The position numbers and the translations under genes are program-made. From the IMG/VR virus record IMGVR_UViG_3300024222_000003, positions 1-44,282 of that record: a DNA stretch of 44,282 nucleotides; one strand, given 5' to 3'. This stretch comes from a virus. Lineage: Duplodnaviria > Caudoviricetes. Below are positions 44,256-44,282 of this stretch, piece after piece; position 1 is the first letter of the stretch; every line of letters begins with the position of its first letter. The notes under the pieces are model-generated. The model had not been told where the DNA came from and searched no databases. It saw only the letters and a program-made list of their open reading frames with translations.

Positions 44256-44282
44256 GGCTTCTGACTGATTCGGGGTAATTTC
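44256..44282 (+). repeat. Terminal direct repeat, right copy
   Basis: Identical to bases 1-27. Confidence 0.95.

Larger units (their letters stand above)
1..44282. mobile_element. Complete temperate contractile-tailed phage genome (Mu-like head genes, tyrosine integrase)
   Basis: Packaging, head, tail, integration, immunity and replication modules are all present; no host housekeeping genes; the ends overlap by 27 nt. Confidence 0.95.

Overview
The window appears to be one complete, circularly assembled genome of a high-GC temperate myovirus (bases 1-27 recur at 44256-44282). The host is possibly a myxobacterium; that is an inference only. Gene order: a divergent PLP-enzyme / ParB-methyltransferase pair; terminase; Mu-like portal, capsid and neck; contractile tail, baseplate and fibres; small leftward genes; tyrosine integrase; a leftward recombination operon (split RecD2-like helicase, putative SSB, Cas4/AddB-like nuclease); cI/cro switch; TOPRIM primase-helicase with a probable origin; RuvC-like resolvase; a second DNA methyltransferase; and an array of leftward promoter-hairpin-ORF-terminator cassettes. 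The most striking unexplained signal is near-total avoidance of CC/GG dinucleotides in the cassette region (4 in about 657 nt by hand count). It flips abruptly at about 44050 to a GG-rich block, which in the circle sits next to the PLP-enzyme / ParB-MTase pair. Together these suggest an undescribed DNA (hyper)modification or defence-evasion system keyed on CC/GG. No lysis genes, tRNAs or CRISPR arrays were recognised. All calls come from motifs and gene order; no database search was run.
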